From positions 2,480,001 to 2,544,000 of the forward strand of contig OX337239.1 of the NCBI GenBank assembly GCA_946965045.2: a stretch of 64,000 nt of DNA. Reading direction: 5' to 3'. This stretch comes from Epithemia pelagica. Lineage: Eukaryota > Protista > Bacillariophyta. Under the pieces are notes generated by a model that saw only the letters and a list, made by a program, of their open reading frames with translations, searched no databases and was not told the DNA's origin. This document shows, piece by piece, positions 62,447 to 64,000 of the stretch (the first letter of the stretch is position 1; each line of letters starts with the position of its first letter). Position numbers and translations under genes: made by a program.

Positions 62447-63692
62447 TTGCTATTGCCTTGTATCTTGTATCGCCTTTGTTTTTACTCGAGACGGACTCTT
62501 TCTTTCATCAATTTTCTTCTTTCTTGAAGCAATCTCGCAAATCCTTTTGTCGGTCTCGGGTCTCGGCACTCATCCATATCTTGTCATGTTCAAAAGAAAC
62601 AGGTCGTCGGAAAACCACAGCGTCCCCATCATGAATCATCACACAGAATGGTTTAGCGTGTAGCAAGAATTCATGGAAGGGGGTGTAAAGCGTCCACGTC
62701 ATAGCAAAATGTCCTCCACGTGGATCTATGCAGTCGCGAAAACTTTTCAGAAGGTACCGACGGAGGACGAACGAACAACACCCAACAAGCTTTCCAAGGT
62801 TGGTTGGGATATTGAGGAAGATCCCAACCGGTCCACACGGGACTACCATGGTGTGGGAACAGGAACGTCGATCATGTCATGACGATGGAAACAAACTCTC
62901 ATTCATTCTTCATGCAGCAGCTTTGGTCCAATAATTGTCTGGAAAATGTTCCAACAAAAGAGGCCTCCTCCTTACTTTGTGACGATAATCTCCTTCTTCC
63001 CCGTTAGTTTCATACACATGCACTCTATCATGCGCACAGGGTCTTGGTACCTCTATCTCTCTCTCGTTTGGCGCAGCGTCTCGTGGACCAGTAGCACGCT
63101 GAAACGATGCGTTCCTCGATGACACGAGTTTGAACAGGTCTGGTGAGAGTGTACGAGACTAGTCGACCTTCCACAGAGAGGCGCAGAAAGAACTTGCCAT
63201 GACAAGATTCGTTTCACGACTACAAACGAGAGTATCCAATGACTAGTTGGGGTTGTCTATCCATTTCGAAACATTGTTTGTCATTCGTATGGAGTTTACT
63301 CACGAAACCACCCGTGGTTGTGAGGCAAACTCATGCGTTCAGAAATATGTATGGCATACGGAATTCGGTGCGGCCGCATCGATGTGGCAAAGAGAACGAG
63401 GCGTTGAACGAATATCCACCCCGATACGCATCGTGTCGGTTGGAGTTCCAGATCTGTGCTTGTTTCTTTCTTCCAGGAGGAGTTACGAACCCCAAACCAT
63501 CTGTCGGAACACAACTACGGTATTTGTTTCTACAAGTTTGTGTGCTTCGTCCAACACCAATAACAACAACAGCATCCTTAGTCCTTAGACGAAAACCTAG
63601 GAGCGCTCCTTGGAAACCGCGAGAGAAAGTCTACGAGCTACTCCGTTTTGTTTATTCGTAAAAGGCGTGTTATGAGCCAGTCATCCGTAGCC

Positions 63693-63998
63693 TTAGCCAA
63701 ATCGAACATGAAAACGTTGTCCCCCGCCTCCACCACCACCGCCTCCTCCTTGATGAAACTGCTGATTAAAGAACTGGAAAGGGTTTGTATGATGATTGCC
63801 ACCGCCCCCTTGATTTTCAAAAACGGCTTCTCCACGATCATACTTGCCGCGCAATTCATCACTCGATAAAACTTCATATGCTTCACCAATGTCATGAAAC
63901 TTCTTTTCAGCTACTCGTTTGGCTTCCTCGTCTCCTGCTTCAACTTTGTCGGGATGCCATTGCAAAGCGAGTTTCCGATACGCGCTTTTAATTTCCTT
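63693..63998 (-). CDS. C-terminal DnaJ domain of a DnaJC3/DnaJC7-like co-chaperone (partial, starts beyond the window)
   Basis: [18 protein letters not shown]...[28 protein letters not shown], then NPFQFF...[12 protein letters not shown]. Confidence 0.9.
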   Translation of the reverse strand, partial: KEIKSAYRKLALQWHPDKVEAGDEEAKRVAEKKFHDIGEAYEVLSSDELRGKYDRGEAVFENQGGGGNHHTNPFQFFNQQFHQGGGGGGGGGGQRFHVRFG

Positions 63999-64000
63999 GG

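Noticed and set aside
62508-63125. Possible spliced minus-strand gene from ORFs 62910-63125 and 62508-62849
   Set aside because: The GTAAG donor near 62975 leads to a stop with every nearby acceptor tested; the region is more likely SDR promoter and DnaJ 3' flank.
1-64000. tRNA, rRNA, snRNA and telomeric arrays
   Set aside because: No T-loop/cloverleaf, rRNA signature or telomeric tract was recognised by eye; tRNAscan-SE and Infernal were not run.

Overview
Gene-dense eukaryotic DNA, most likely from a pennate diatom. The evidence is short GT-AG introns, bipartite plastid-targeting peptides with (A/G)-F cleavage motifs, and homopolymeric T/N/Q/S codon runs; no prokaryotic features, CRISPR arrays, rRNA or tRNA were seen. 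The window opens inside a minus-strand, two-ORF retrotransposon-like element: a 1037-aa ORF1 overlaps by 8 nt a two-C2H2-zinc-finger ORF2 that runs off the window and is missing from the supplied ORF track. About 24 host genes follow. They include two sulfotransferases, a degenerate DUF616-like protein, an MFS transporter, a plastid ABM protein, a tandem pair of secreted SAM methyltransferases, an Oma1-like M48 peptidase, an S/TQ-cluster protein, a degenerate DEAD-box-like protein, a frameshifted RanBP2-zinc-finger/FG nucleoporin-like locus, a TBC Rab-GAP and an ankyrin-PP2C with direct and inverted pseudogene fragments. Further on are an ICME-like esterase, a double-domain aspartic protease, an SRGT1/HPAT-like glycosyltransferase, a 3-exon globin, a giant repeat-containing J-protein, a 4-exon NOL/NYC1-like SDR and the end of a DnaJC3-like gene. 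Non-coding highlights are a 263-bp MITE with 40-bp TIRs, a TGA target-site duplication and a nested 23-bp hairpin, plus a strongly intergenic-enriched octamer TACTCCTA. All family assignments come from motif recognition by eye, not database searches.
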